Part shown: one piece after another, positions 7,290 through 7,455 of the stretch
Layout of the letters: every line of letters begins with the position of its first letter
Position numbering within the stretch: position 1 is the stretch's first letter
Assembly (NCBI GenBank): GCA_018985225.1
Contig: JADGIF010000507.1
Coordinates: 1-7,455, forward strand
Direction: 5' to 3'
DNA from: Amoeboradix gromovi X-113
Taxonomy: Eukaryota; Fungi; Sanchytriomycota
Length of the DNA stretch: 7,455 nt
Notes under the pieces: generated by a model
Told to the model about the DNA's origin: nothing
Database searches by the model: none
What the model saw: the letters and a program-made list of their open reading frames with translations, nothing else
Position numbers and translations under genes: made by a program

Positions 7290-7455
7290 AGCATACATTC
7301 GTCTCAGACTGATAAGCTGGTCCAAACATGGAAGAATTAGATGTCTTTCAACGCCAAGAAGCGATATCTGTGCAATTTATTCAAGGAACGCTTGAAGTTC
7401 AAGTGTAAGCAAAGAGGAAAGACGATGGTCGAATGCAATGAATCATTTACTAGTC
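7290..7455 (+). pseudogene. Probable TnpB/Fanzor (IS200/IS605/IS607 OrfB-like) RuvC fragment, 5'-degraded, running off the window
   Basis: The frame starting at 7341 reads MSFNAKKRYLCNLFKERLKFKCKQRGKTMVECNESFTS>. This matches the remembered F..RL.YK....G......E.YTS pattern that precedes the zinc ribbon of TnpB/Fanzor proteins. There are in-frame TAGs at 7287-7289 and 7338-7340. Confidence 0.55.

Noticed and set aside
7282-7408. Short plus-strand ORFs from ATG 7282 and ATG 7328, and a 22-nt candidate intron at 7286-7307
   Set aside because: The ORFs are under 40 aa with no motifs, and splicing gives an immediate stop (MD*).
1-7455. Prokaryotic operon, CRISPR array, tRNA or rRNA
   Set aside because: Gene content and introns are eukaryotic. 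No repeat-spacer array or structured RNA gene was recognisable by eye.

Overview
Very compact, AT-rich eukaryotic DNA in the standard genetic code. Gene content suggests an opisthokont, possibly an early-diverging fungus (inference only). There are four complete protein genes. (1) Minus strand 164-1501: a tandem adenylate kinase with a putative N-terminal dimerisation/docking segment, a degenerate first AK domain and an intact short-LID second domain (AK5/AK8-like architecture). (2) Minus strand 1540-2796: an unknown helical protein with a weak CNOT11-like C-terminus. (3) Plus strand 2836-5216: a PH-RhoGAP. (4) Plus strand 5368-7104: a divergent gp91phox/Nox-type NADPH oxidase. The main signal is two ultra-short GT-AG introns, 21 nt (1817-1837, minus) and 20 nt (4901-4920, plus). 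They share the pattern GTAC...YTAAYTTAG, and each joins two split ORFs in frame. Intergenic gaps are only 38, 39 and 151 bp. The last ~115-165 nt encode what looks like a TnpB/Fanzor RuvC fragment that runs off the window edge.
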